Below, piece by piece: positions 56,315 through 63,853 of a stretch of 64,000 nucleotides of DNA. The notes beneath the pieces are model-generated. The model had not been told where the DNA came from, searched no databases, and saw only the letters and a program-made list of their open reading frames with translations. Both the position numbers and the translations under genes were made by a program. The stretch comes from a virus. The stretch lies in the IMG/VR virus record IMGVR_UViG_3300042374_001687, positions 64,001 through 128,000 of that record; one strand, 5' to 3'. Numbering within the stretch: position 1 is the stretch's first letter; every line of letters starts with the position of its first letter.

Positions 56315-57052
56315 ATGGAATTTAGGGAGTTTCTTGAAGAACAAGAGTTCAAGGCATTTGACGAGCAGATGGCTCTTGAAGTCAATCTGTTGACCGTGCC
56401 GAAATTTGTGGCCGGGGCGGCTGCAAATGCTGTGACGCAAGCTGGCAGAGGGGTCGGCAACATCGTCGGCGGGGCGGCAAAGAGTGCCCTTGGTGCAGCC
56501 CGCATGGGTCTTGGCGGCCTCCAGATGATTGGAGGCGGTGTAGAGCCGGGCTGGGATAATGTTAAGGCGGGATGGGGTGCTGCTCAGGATGCTGGCCTCC
56601 AAATTGGAAAAGGCGTCCTTCAAGGGGCCGGCGTCGTTACCGGGGCCACCCCGCTTCTAAGAGGGGCTCAGGCTGCGAGCGAAAAGATAACCGATATAAG
56701 CGGGATTTATTCGCCCAAAGGAAAGAATTCTTGGCAAGACATCTTCGGAATGAATTCTTGGAAAAAAGATTCAAGTGAGTCTGGGGTCAAGAATTTAGAG
56801 CGTGCCAAAGCTGCCGGAAAGGCTGTTCCCTCTGAGAGGAGGAGTGGAGTAAGCTCAAAAGTTTCAGCCGAGGCAAGAGAGAAGGCTCTTGAAAGACAGC
56901 AGCTCTGGCTGCATTTGGTCGCCGCCTATAAGTCTTCTAGAAGTTTGGCCGAGAAGAAGAAACTCCAAGACACGATAAGAAAGGTGTTTCCGGAAAAGTA
57001 CGCAGAGATAATGGCGCGGCAAGAAACCAAGAAGATAATGGACAAAAAATGA
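56315..57052 (+). CDS. Gly/Ala-rich protein with capsid-targeting-like N-terminus (MEFREFLEE)
   Basis: TAGATA at 56305. Glycine-zipper-like helices and a basic C-terminus. Confidence 0.65.
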   Translation: MEFREFLEEQEFKAFDEQMALEVNLLTVPKFVAGAAANAVTQAGRGVGNIVGGAAKSALGAARMGLGGLQMIGGGVEPGWDNVKAGWGAAQDAGLQIGKGVLQGAGVVTGATPLLRGAQAASEKITDISGIYSPKGKNSWQDIFGMNSWKKDSSESGVKNLERAKAAGKAVPSERRSGVSSKVSAEAREKALERQQLWLHLVAAYKSSRSLAEKKKLQDTIRKVFPEKYAEIMARQETKKIMDKK

Positions 57053-57186
57053 AAAAGAAGAAGAAAAAGAGCAAAAGTGGCGGACTGAAGATGGTGCTGA
57101 ACTCCAGCGGACAGCCGGTGTTTATCGGTTTCAAGGACTGGCTGGTCGCTCGGGGCAAGCTTGTTGAAGGCCAAGTCCAGACTTAA
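57049..57186 (+). CDS. Small basic protein (45 aa, not in ORF track)
   Basis: MKKKKKKSKSGGLKMVLNSSGQPVFIGFKDWLVARGKLVE...; ATGA-coupled, with an internal FKDWL motif. Confidence 0.4.
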   Translation: MKKKKKKSKSGGLKMVLNSSGQPVFIGFKDWLVARGKLVEGQVQT

Positions 57187-57985
57187 TTTTTGCTGCCGTG
57201 CTTTCGTTTTCAAAAAGAAGGGCGTCTTCGGACTCTACCTCGCTCCTCCAGTTTTCGTTCATTTCTTTGTACTTCTCGGAAAGTTCCTCTGGGGCCGGCA
57301 TCTTTAGTCCGGATATCTCGACAAGCAAAGACCCCAATTCCCCGTGACCCTTGATTTCGTAAATATCGCCCACGCTTGTTCCGGGCTTTATGTGAAGTTT
57401 CCTAGGGCCGTAGAGTGTTTCCACCTCTATTATGCCGCCTTGAAGAGCTACAATTACCGGTATGGCTTCGTTGACAAGAAGCAGTCCGGCATCCTTGTTG
57501 GGCGAAGGCTTGTAACGCTCATGTTCCTTTATGGAATAGTGAACCTTTATGTCCTTTATGGATCCGCCTATCCTCTGTGCTTTGTGCAACTTAGAAACTG
57601 GTGACGCTTTTAAAAGCAACATTGGGGGTATCTTCTCCACCACCGTCAGGACATGAATGTTTGCCTTGGATGAAATATTCCTTTTGTCTGATATCATGGG
57701 AACGCTGGATATAACCTCTTGCCTCAGGTGTGTCTCCAAGGTCGTTCCGAATATTGCCTCCTCAAGAGATACTTGAACATGAAACTCAATCTTGTCTTCT
57801 TTTGGGGTTTCGTCTTCTTGCAAGGATGTAAGAAGTTTGTATGCCTCGTGTATCTTCAAGAATTTCTCAGGATCGCCGCCCTTGTCGGGGTGGTTCTCCT
57901 TGCTCATCTTCAGATATGCCTTTTTTATAGTCTCCTTGGGGTCGGAACTTATTCCTAGGATTTCATACGCTTCTTCAATAGTCAT
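57131..57985 (-). CDS. DnaJ-like (class II/CbpA-type) co-chaperone
   Basis: J-domain 'YEILG...IKKAY......HPDKGGD..KF..I.EAY..L' and a C-terminal DnaJ_C-like domain; no Zn finger. Confidence 0.85.
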   Translation of the reverse strand: MTIEEAYEILGISSDPKETIKKAYLKMSKENHPDKGGDPEKFLKIHEAYKLLTSLQEDETPKEDKIEFHVQVSLEEAIFGTTLETHLRQEVISSVPMISDKRNISSKANIHVLTVVEKIPPMLLLKASPVSKLHKAQRIGGSIKDIKVHYSIKEHERYKPSPNKDAGLLLVNEAIPVIVALQGGIIEVETLYGPRKLHIKPGTSVGDIYEIKGHGELGSLLVEISGLKMPAPEELSEKYKEMNENWRSEVESEDALLFENESTAAKIKSGLGLQQACPERPASP

Positions 57986-58004
57986 ATCTTATATATGATT
58001 GCAT

Positions 58005-58044
58005 AAAAAAAGCCGGCCAGGTCATTTCTGACTCTGGCCGGCTT
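58005..58044 (-). terminator. Intrinsic terminator ending the putative large ncRNA
   Basis: Minus strand: aagccggccagagtca-gaaa-tgacctggccggc followed by TTTTTTT. Confidence 0.85.
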
Positions 58045-58877
58045 GATTTGGCGAAAGGATTTTGATCCACTCGTGGTTTAACAGAGGAATGAATCAATCA
58101 TTGAAGTCCGTCACTTAAAGCAGATCCCACAGGTTCCTTCCGCCTTTGGGCATTTTTAACCCACCGCGTTTGACCTGTGTGTGACAGTCGTGGTCTGTCC
58201 GTAAACTTGCTGACGGCCATGGATTTAGCCTTTCGCGCCAGATTCCGCCTGTAACCAGCGGTTGCCCTAGCGTGGAGGCGTATGTCCAACATGCTGACGA
58301 CTCGTTCCGTGCATTTGCCGCGACATTCCTGTTTTTTAACGTGTTCAGGCACCACGTCGTTTCTGGGGATTTTTTATCCCGGGCTCAACATCACTATGTT
58401 CCGTCGCCACGGATGCTCTGTGTTCACAGAGGGATTTCCATGAGAGACTGCTGGTTCAAATGGCTATCCCGTGATGCTCAAGGACCGTTACTCCGTTTTA
58501 TTTTGGGCTTGCCCACAAGGAGCAAGTGCGTTCCCGAACTGTGCGGAGGCGTTTTGAAAACATTTGGGCGAGTCTTCATTTCTGTCGGCTCGTCCTATCT
58601 GCCTTCTCATCCTTTCTACGAAGCCCGCCTTAGAGTTCCGAGTCCGACTCCTCCTTTTACGGTTTTGTCGGATCGTATGTGGTTCAGATGCACCTTTCGG
58701 AGCAGGAGCCACATCCCGGCCCATTCTGCGGGTTGGGCTTTTGTCAACGTGGAGATCTTTTGGACTCCATCGTATGACCCTAAGGCTTCATTTTTCACCG
58801 ATACCTTTTCGGTATCGGCAAGGACTTGGCTTAATTGTCAATGATCAGCTCAGCCATCGCGTTTCCGTGCGGCTGAT
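58005..58877 (-). ncRNA. Putative large structured non-coding RNA (~870 nt)
   Basis: No credible ORF. Bounded by a sigma70 promoter and a terminator, with many stems, purine-rich loops and long-range pairings. Confidence 0.65.
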
Positions 58878-58883
58878 GGGCTC

Positions 58884-58911
58884 AGTATACAAAGATCGGC
58901 ACGCGTTGCAA
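58884..58911 (-). promoter_or_regulatory. Sigma70-type promoter TTGCAA-N16-TATACT
   Basis: Minus-strand sequence ttgcaa cgcgtgccgatctttg tatact. Confidence 0.65.
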
Positions 58912-58966
58912 GGGCCGGACGAAATTTTTTTTCGGATTGGTCGCAAACCCTTTTGGCAAAAGAAGA

Positions 58967-59257
58967 TCAGTCCTTATAGGGTATCCAGTGCTTCCGGGTA
59001 AATAGGAGGTTTGCGAAAAATCCACAAAATGCGCTCATGATATTGCTCGCATACGGAAGGGTGACATCCTGCATCGGGTTGATGAGGAAGCTCAGTCCCA
59101 AACTGATCCAGAAACTCGAGCATTCGTGGCAGAGGAGCATCCTTCTGATGTAGGGCACTCTTGCCACAAGGTTTCTAAACGGAACACTGGCCTCGGTGTC
59201 GCTCCACGCGTAGCACACCCCGAGGCTCGTGATGAGAAATAAAACGAGAGTGTTCAT
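58967..59257 (-). CDS. Small membrane protein (DUF1360-like)
   Basis: Three TM segments with 'LLCHECSSFWI'. Confidence 0.6.
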   Translation of the reverse strand: MNTLVLFLITSLGVCYAWSDTEASVPFRNLVARVPYIRRMLLCHECSSFWISLGLSFLINPMQDVTLPYASNIMSAFCGFFANLLFTRKHWIPYKD

Positions 59258-59658
59258 AGGAAGTACACCGCGACCGAATTCTCCCTTTCCACAACGCTGA
59301 ATGCCCTAAAGGCCTTTCCGGCAAGCGATTGCGAGAAGGTCAACCAAGCCTCGTCGCCCTTCTGGACCTCAAACACCCTGCCGGAATAGTTGTTGGCAGC
59401 ACGCTGGCTGACCAGCTGATTGATCTCGGCTTGGAGGCCAGCAGGATCCTTGACATACTTTTCAAGCACATCCTTGTTCTGCTCCAACTGCTCGGTGAAG
59501 AACTTTATCACCCTGCCCCTGCAGGTGCAGTTGGGATTGTTCTTGAAGGTCACCAGGTCAGCTAGAATTGCTGGGAAGTCCGCCTTGAGTTGTTCAAATA
59601 CAGAATCATCTTTGATGAGTATGGGAAGCGCATCGCCCAGATTTGCTATTGTTATCAT
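59254..59658 (-). CDS. Hypothetical protein
   Basis: AAGGAG RBS, 'NPNCTC' motif, ATGA-coupled to the next gene. Confidence 0.65.
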   Translation of the reverse strand: MITIANLGDALPILIKDDSVFEQLKADFPAILADLVTFKNNPNCTCRGRVIKFFTEQLEQNKDVLEKYVKDPAGLQAEINQLVSQRAANNYSGRVFEVQKGDEAWLTFSQSLAGKAFRAFSVVERENSVAVYFL

Positions 59659-59704
59659 GATTTCTCCTTGTTTATTATTCTAGTACCGATTGGTAAAAAA
59701 TTTT

Positions 59705-59947
59705 TTAACGGTTTATGTGGCAAAAAACAGCGTAAATGAAGCACATGGCAAAATGAAGCATCATGCACAGGACAATGAACTTTGCGGCCGTCGCCAGAGG
59801 ATCCGCCTTCTCAAGAAACGACACCAAATTTTGCATTTTCTTCTTGTCCATGCCTCCTTGATGGATTAGGTAGTTGAATTGAACTTCCGTGCATTCGCCG
59901 CTCATGTGCTTCCTGGCGAGCGCTAGTTCGTCTTCCGTGTATTCCAT
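59705..59947 (-). CDS. Small membrane protein
   Basis: C-terminal TM helix. Confidence 0.5.
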   Translation of the reverse strand: MEYTEDELALARKHMSGECTEVQFNYLIHQGGMDKKKMQNLVSFLEKADPLATAAKFIVLCMMLHFAMCFIYAVFCHINR

Positions 59948-59966
59948 TTGTGACGCTTTCTTTGAT

Positions 59967-60014
59967 GCGAACTGCCCAACTCCTAAAGGGATTGGGTTTT
60001 CTGGCGGGAGTCGT
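59967..60014 (-). mobile_element. 48-bp single-hairpin remnant of the IS200/IS605-like element
   Basis: gcgaactgcccaactcctaaagggattgggttttctggcgggag: the left part matches the right end and the right part matches the left end of the 12797 element. Confidence 0.6.
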
Positions 60015-60128
60015 ATAAATCATAGAGTATGTCTTGGAGCAAATAAGCAATGGGTTGGGGCCGTTAGTTTTGTTAATTTTGACTGGGTGTTAAGATATAT
60101 ACTTTTGGGCTCTAGCACAGGAGAAAAA

Positions 60129-60443
60129 ATGGCAGTATACACAGTTGATCTTACACCCGTCGTTGTGACGAACTCATCGGAAGGCAGCTTGGACACCTCG
60201 GTTGTGGGTGGACTTTCTATTCAAAGAACATTCAATGACCACATGGTGGTGAACGGATCGGATCGCAAGATTGTCGGCAGACTTGCGGACGGATCTACCT
60301 ACGACGACACCACGTTCGAGACGGTCTCTTCAGACCTTCCCATCGGAAACCCGACAGTTTCCGAAGGAAATCCGGTAATAAGCGAAAACAATGTTACAGC
60401 CGGACACCCGACAGCCAGCAGCGCTTCGGGAAGCACAATCTGA
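60129..60443 (+). CDS. Stand-alone copy of the shared 'DL.P...EG.LDT...SIQRT...RK...DG' virion-type domain
   Basis: CAGGAG RBS, TATATA upstream and its own terminator. Paralogous to the C-termini of 46966 and 47677. Confidence 0.7.
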   Translation: MAVYTVDLTPVVVTNSSEGSLDTSVVGGLSIQRTFNDHMVVNGSDRKIVGRLADGSTYDDTTFETVSSDLPIGNPTVSEGNPVISENNVTAGHPTASSASGSTI

Positions 60444-60461
60444 TTTGTTTATTTTAATTGT

Positions 60462-60497
60462 GGACGGCCGCTCAAATGGGCGGCCGTCTTTTTTTAT
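60462..60497 (+). terminator. Intrinsic terminator
   Basis: gacggccgctca-aa-tgggcggccgtc followed by a T-run. Confidence 0.8.
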
Positions 60498-60544
60498 GTA
60501 TTTTGGAATAGATACTGCTGAGCTTTTATGAGGCGGGAGGAAGA

Positions 60545-60925
60545 ATGCTATCGATGCAAGAATACAGGCAGTCCAAGAGTGTCAAAGGGCTCGTGCAGAA
60601 ACTTTTTGAAGCCAGGCAAGTGATTCACACTTGTCATCTGAAGTCGAAGAGTTTCAGCGAACACAAGGCTTTGGACGATTTCTACAGCGGAATATTGGAT
60701 CTTGCGGACGAGTTCGTCGAAACCTATCAGGGTCAATACGGAATACTCTCGGACTACGAGATACAGACCCAGCCGGTAAGCAATCCTTTGGAATATTTGG
60801 AGGATTGCGTGAAGATGTTCGTATTGGGTAGGGATTCCATTAAGGATTCCCATCTTCAAAACATCATGGACGAGATAGTTGCCATGACTTACAGAACCAT
60901 ATACAAGTTGAAAAATTTGAAGTGA
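60545..60925 (+). CDS. Dps/ferritin-like protein (DUF5856-like) with capsid-targeting-like N-terminus
   Basis: 'H..HL.SKSFSEHKALDDFY......DEFVE.YQG.YG' and 'LQNIMDEI.....TIYKL'. N-terminus MLSMQEYR; TAGATA upstream. Confidence 0.75.
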   Translation: MLSMQEYRQSKSVKGLVQKLFEARQVIHTCHLKSKSFSEHKALDDFYSGILDLADEFVETYQGQYGILSDYEIQTQPVSNPLEYLEDCVKMFVLGRDSIKDSHLQNIMDEIVAMTYRTIYKLKNLK

Positions 60926-60966
60926 TAAAAAAGAAGGGCACAGGAATTCCTGTGCCCTTCTTGCCT
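60926..60966. terminator. Palindromic terminator between convergent genes
   Basis: aagaagggcacaggaattcctgtgcccttctt is a perfect inverted repeat. Confidence 0.75.
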
Positions 60967-60989
60967 TTTTCAAAAAAGACGATGTTGCT

Positions 60990-61382
60990 TTACTTGCAGC
61001 AGCAGTCGCACTTCTTGACCTTTGACTCTACGACAAGAGTCTTGGGCTTCTTGCGACATTCGCAGCCGCTGTTGCAGCAGTCGCAGCAATTACGGCTTTC
61101 TCGAGCCTCCTGCCTGTCTGCAATCCGGTTCAAGCGGCGTGTATGCCAAGGCGAAAGCTTGACAGAGCGAGCCTCTTCGCAACAAGCGACTGTCTGCACA
61201 GCAACGGGCTGAGCGGCGACTGTCTGCACAGCAACGGGCTGAGCGGCAGCTTGTGTTGTCTGTGTCGCAGGGGCTGCGGCTGGGGTGGGGGTGCTCGTCT
61301 TGAGGACGCTGACCGTGCCGTCATCCGAACGGGCGGTCGAGGCAAGAGCAAGCAAGCAAAGTGCGGCAAAAATAATCTTCAT
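60990..61382 (-). CDS. Exported Cys-rich small protein with A/Q/T/V repeats
   Basis: Signal peptide, a 30-bp direct repeat (AAQPVAVQTV x2) and CC clusters. AAGGAG RBS. Confidence 0.7.
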   Translation of the reverse strand: MKIIFAALCLLALASTARSDDGTVSVLKTSTPTPAAAPATQTTQAAAQPVAVQTVAAQPVAVQTVACCEEARSVKLSPWHTRRLNRIADRQEARESRNCCDCCNSGCECRKKPKTLVVESKVKKCDCCCK

Positions 61383-61523
61383 ATTAACTCCTTTGTGTTT
61401 TCGCCGAAGAATTCGGCGACAAGGTCATTATAGTCGCTCGGCGGAGAAAAGTAAAATTTGACGGGGAAGCTGCCGGTTTTGAAAATATAGGTAATGTAGG
61501 CAACAATGTGGGAGATGTGGGAG

Positions 61524-61946
61524 CTATATTTTTTGGCTGGGGACCACAACGCCCAAGTGAACCGTTCCCGAGCCGGATTGAATGTCGATACAGACCTCTC
61601 TCTTGGATGCATCAAAGCTTGTTATTCTCCAAGGAACCTCCAGCCCTTCCAGATACCTTCTAGTGCTTCCAACACTGCGGGGCTCATCTTGTGCAGCCGT
61701 TCCAGGATCGGCGTCAAGGCGGCGAAGTAGGCTTGCCATAGATATCCCGAGGCTCGCGGCGGCGGCCTTGTAGTTGCCGTCAAATTGCTCAAGAACTTCT
61801 GCGGTGGATGCCTTTTTCTGGTATTGTACGCCGGAAAACGGGCTGAAGTTTTTTGGCCTTGTGTACCTGGGCGGGCCGATCATTGAAAGCAGCGCTTTCT
61901 TGTTGAGTCTGTCCGTCCCTTTGCAAGCGCCGCGTATTATGCCCAT
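61524..61946 (-). CDS. Fis-type helix-turn-helix protein
   Basis: 'EVLEQFDGNYKAAAASLGISMASLLRRL' matches HTH_8. Confidence 0.7.
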   Translation of the reverse strand: MGIIRGACKGTDRLNKKALLSMIGPPRYTRPKNFSPFSGVQYQKKASTAEVLEQFDGNYKAAAASLGISMASLLRRLDADPGTAAQDEPRSVGSTRRYLEGLEVPWRITSFDASKREVCIDIQSGSGTVHLGVVVPSQKI

Positions 61947-62001
61947 GAACTTATATAGTCTTTCTGGGCTAGTTTGACCCGATGGTTACTATCTTATCTT
62001 A

Positions 62002-62226
62002 ATGAAGTCCCTCATAAAGCAAGACAGTTATTGGTACGTTGATGGCGAGGACGACGACGCAAGGATGATGGCCCTATGTTCTATCTGCGCCAAAAAGCAG
62101 AACAAAGGGTGGCTTTGGAAGGGGGAAATGGGGTACGGGAACTATGATTTGTTCTGTGCGTCTTGTAAAAATGCCATCCATATAAGGGAGAATAATGAGG
62201 CTAAAGCCAATAATAAAGGTCAGTGA
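62002..62226 (+). CDS. Small Zn-finger protein
   Basis: CxxC...CxxC. Confidence 0.55.
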   Translation: MKSLIKQDSYWYVDGEDDDARMMALCSICAKKQNKGWLWKGEMGYGNYDLFCASCKNAIHIRENNEAKANNKGQ

Positions 62227-62908
62227 AAGCAAGAGCTACCTTGTTTCATGGATTATAGAAAAATTCCCGGAAGGATACCAGAACATGGTTTACATAGAGC
62301 CCTTTCTGGGGTCCGGGGGGGTTCTCTTGAACAAGGAGCCCTCGCGCGAGGAGTGTGCCAATGATCTGGATCCGGGTGTCATGGACATATGGAGGGCTCT
62401 AAGGGACGAGCCAAAGTTGTTTACATCCAAGGCAAGAAGGATGGAATACAAGGAGGCAACTTTCAAGCGACTTCTTAAAAAAAAGGAGACCGACTACTTG
62501 GCGAGGGCCGTGAACGAGTTTGTCCTCAGACAGATGAGCAAGAGTGGGTTGAAGAAACACTTTCTGCCCAAGGAAAAGAGTGTCAAGTGCAAGGATTGCT
62601 GGCAGGAGGTATTTGAGAAGATACCGGCCATTTCCGAAAGGATTGATAAAGTACACTTGTTGGATCAAGACGCCATAAAAATACTGGGCTCTTTCAGTCA
62701 CAAGGACACTCTTGCCTATTGCGATCCCCCATCCACGAAGGAGATGAGTCCGGACAAACATGTGGAACTGGGCGAGGTTTTGAAAAACTTCAAGGGCAAG
62801 GTGGTAATAAGCGGCTCCAACACCCCCCTCTACAAACGAATATATTCCGGCTGGGTTCGGAAGGGCATTCCCGGGCGTCCCAAGGAATGCATATGGACGA
62901 ATTTTTGA
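62195..62908 (+). CDS. Dam-family (D12-class) DNA adenine methyltransferase with atypical DPPS motif
   Basis: 'YIEPFLGSGGV', 'ANDLD', 'LAYCDPPS' and 'KGKVVISG'. Confidence 0.8.
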   Translation: MRLKPIIKVSESKSYLVSWIIEKFPEGYQNMVYIEPFLGSGGVLLNKEPSREECANDLDPGVMDIWRALRDEPKLFTSKARRMEYKEATFKRLLKKKETDYLARAVNEFVLRQMSKSGLKKHFLPKEKSVKCKDCWQEVFEKIPAISERIDKVHLLDQDAIKILGSFSHKDTLAYCDPPSTKEMSPDKHVELGEVLKNFKGKVVISGSNTPLYKRIYSGWVRKGIPGRPKECIWTNF

Positions 62909-62930
62909 CGCGTGGCCGCTAAATATATCC

Positions 62931-63212
62931 ATGACCATCACCTTCAAGGAATTTGCAGATAGCAACGACGAGTCCAAGGACGAACAGAAGGCCCTCGAGG
63001 TCGTCAGGAAGGGAATGAACATGCAGAGGGGCTCGGACTTCTGGGACGACTTAATAAGCCTTTGCGGGAATGCCGAAGGCATGTCCAAGCTTCTAGGGGT
63101 TCCGAGGGAAAAGATCACCGGGCTGGCCGGCAGGATCGGCAAATTGAAGGATAAGGCAATAGATACGGACGAAACTAGTTCCAAAGACCGACTTATCAAA
63201 ACGGGGAAATAA
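62931..63212 (+). CDS. Small protein with capsid-targeting-like N-terminus (MTITFKEFAD)
   Basis: TAAATA at 62921. Confidence 0.6.
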   Translation: MTITFKEFADSNDESKDEQKALEVVRKGMNMQRGSDFWDDLISLCGNAEGMSKLLGVPREKITGLAGRIGKLKDKAIDTDETSSKDRLIKTGK

Positions 63213-63214
63213 AA

Positions 63215-63853
63215 ATGAAGAGCATAAGAGAGTGGAGAGCGGACAGAGAAGGAAGAATTGGCAAAAATCTTATGGAGTTGAACCTCGCGACATCTCTAAG
63301 GAATTTTGTGGGCGGCGCCAACATAAAACAAGACCCCAGGATAAAGGCGGGGCTAAGGTCCAAGATACTTGGTCTTTGGAAGGACGCTCAAGGGTCGGGA
63401 ATGAGCGCCCTTGACTTTGTCAGGCAAGTTTGGGCGATAGCCGGATCTTTGGCCACCGGCAAATCGGGAACAAACCTCAGCGTCGGGACGGCGGCAAAGG
63501 GGCTGAACGCAGTTGACGATCACCATCAAGAGTGGGCGGAACTGAGCGAGTTGGTTCTGAAGGAGATGGTCGGAGATGCCGATATAGACAAGAGCCAGTT
63601 TGCAAAATTCGCGGGAAGCACAACCCTTGATGTAGACTCAAAATTGAAGCAGGAACTAAGGTCTAAGATAAACCACATAGGAGAGATGAAGGAGTTCTCT
63701 GGTCTGACTAAGGCCGAGTTGTTCAAGAAAATAGTTGCTGCCGTCGCCGCGTTAGAGGCCGATGTCAGCGGAAGCACCATATCCATCGCATCCGTTGCTG
63801 GCAAGATGAATAGTGCGGACGACGACAAGGACATAGCCCAAGAGGTAAGATGA
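63215..63853 (+). CDS. Protein with capsid-targeting-like N-terminus (MKSIREWR) and an internal domain duplication
   Basis: Two ~90-aa copies of 'F.G.....D...K..LRSKI...A.L....SG...S....A..N..DD'. Confidence 0.6.
   Translation: MKSIREWRADREGRIGKNLMELNLATSLRNFVGGANIKQDPRIKAGLRSKILGLWKDAQGSGMSALDFVRQVWAIAGSLATGKSGTNLSVGTAAKGLNAVDDHHQEWAELSELVLKEMVGDADIDKSQFAKFAGSTTLDVDSKLKQELRSKINHIGEMKEFSGLTKAELFKKIVAAVAALEADVSGSTISIASVAGKMNSADDDKDIAQEVR

Noticed and set aside
58005-58877. tmRNA, RNase P RNA, rRNA fragment or group II intron
   Set aside because: No tRNA-like GGGG../..CCA ends, no GAGGAAAGUCC, no recognisable rRNA conserved blocks, and no GUGCG start or domain V in an interrupted gene.
58098-59001. 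Protein-coding ORFs at 58272-58844+, 58564-59001+ and 58098-58355-
   Set aside because: Non-ATG or RBS-less starts and atypical composition. The promoter, terminator and pairing pattern favour an RNA gene.
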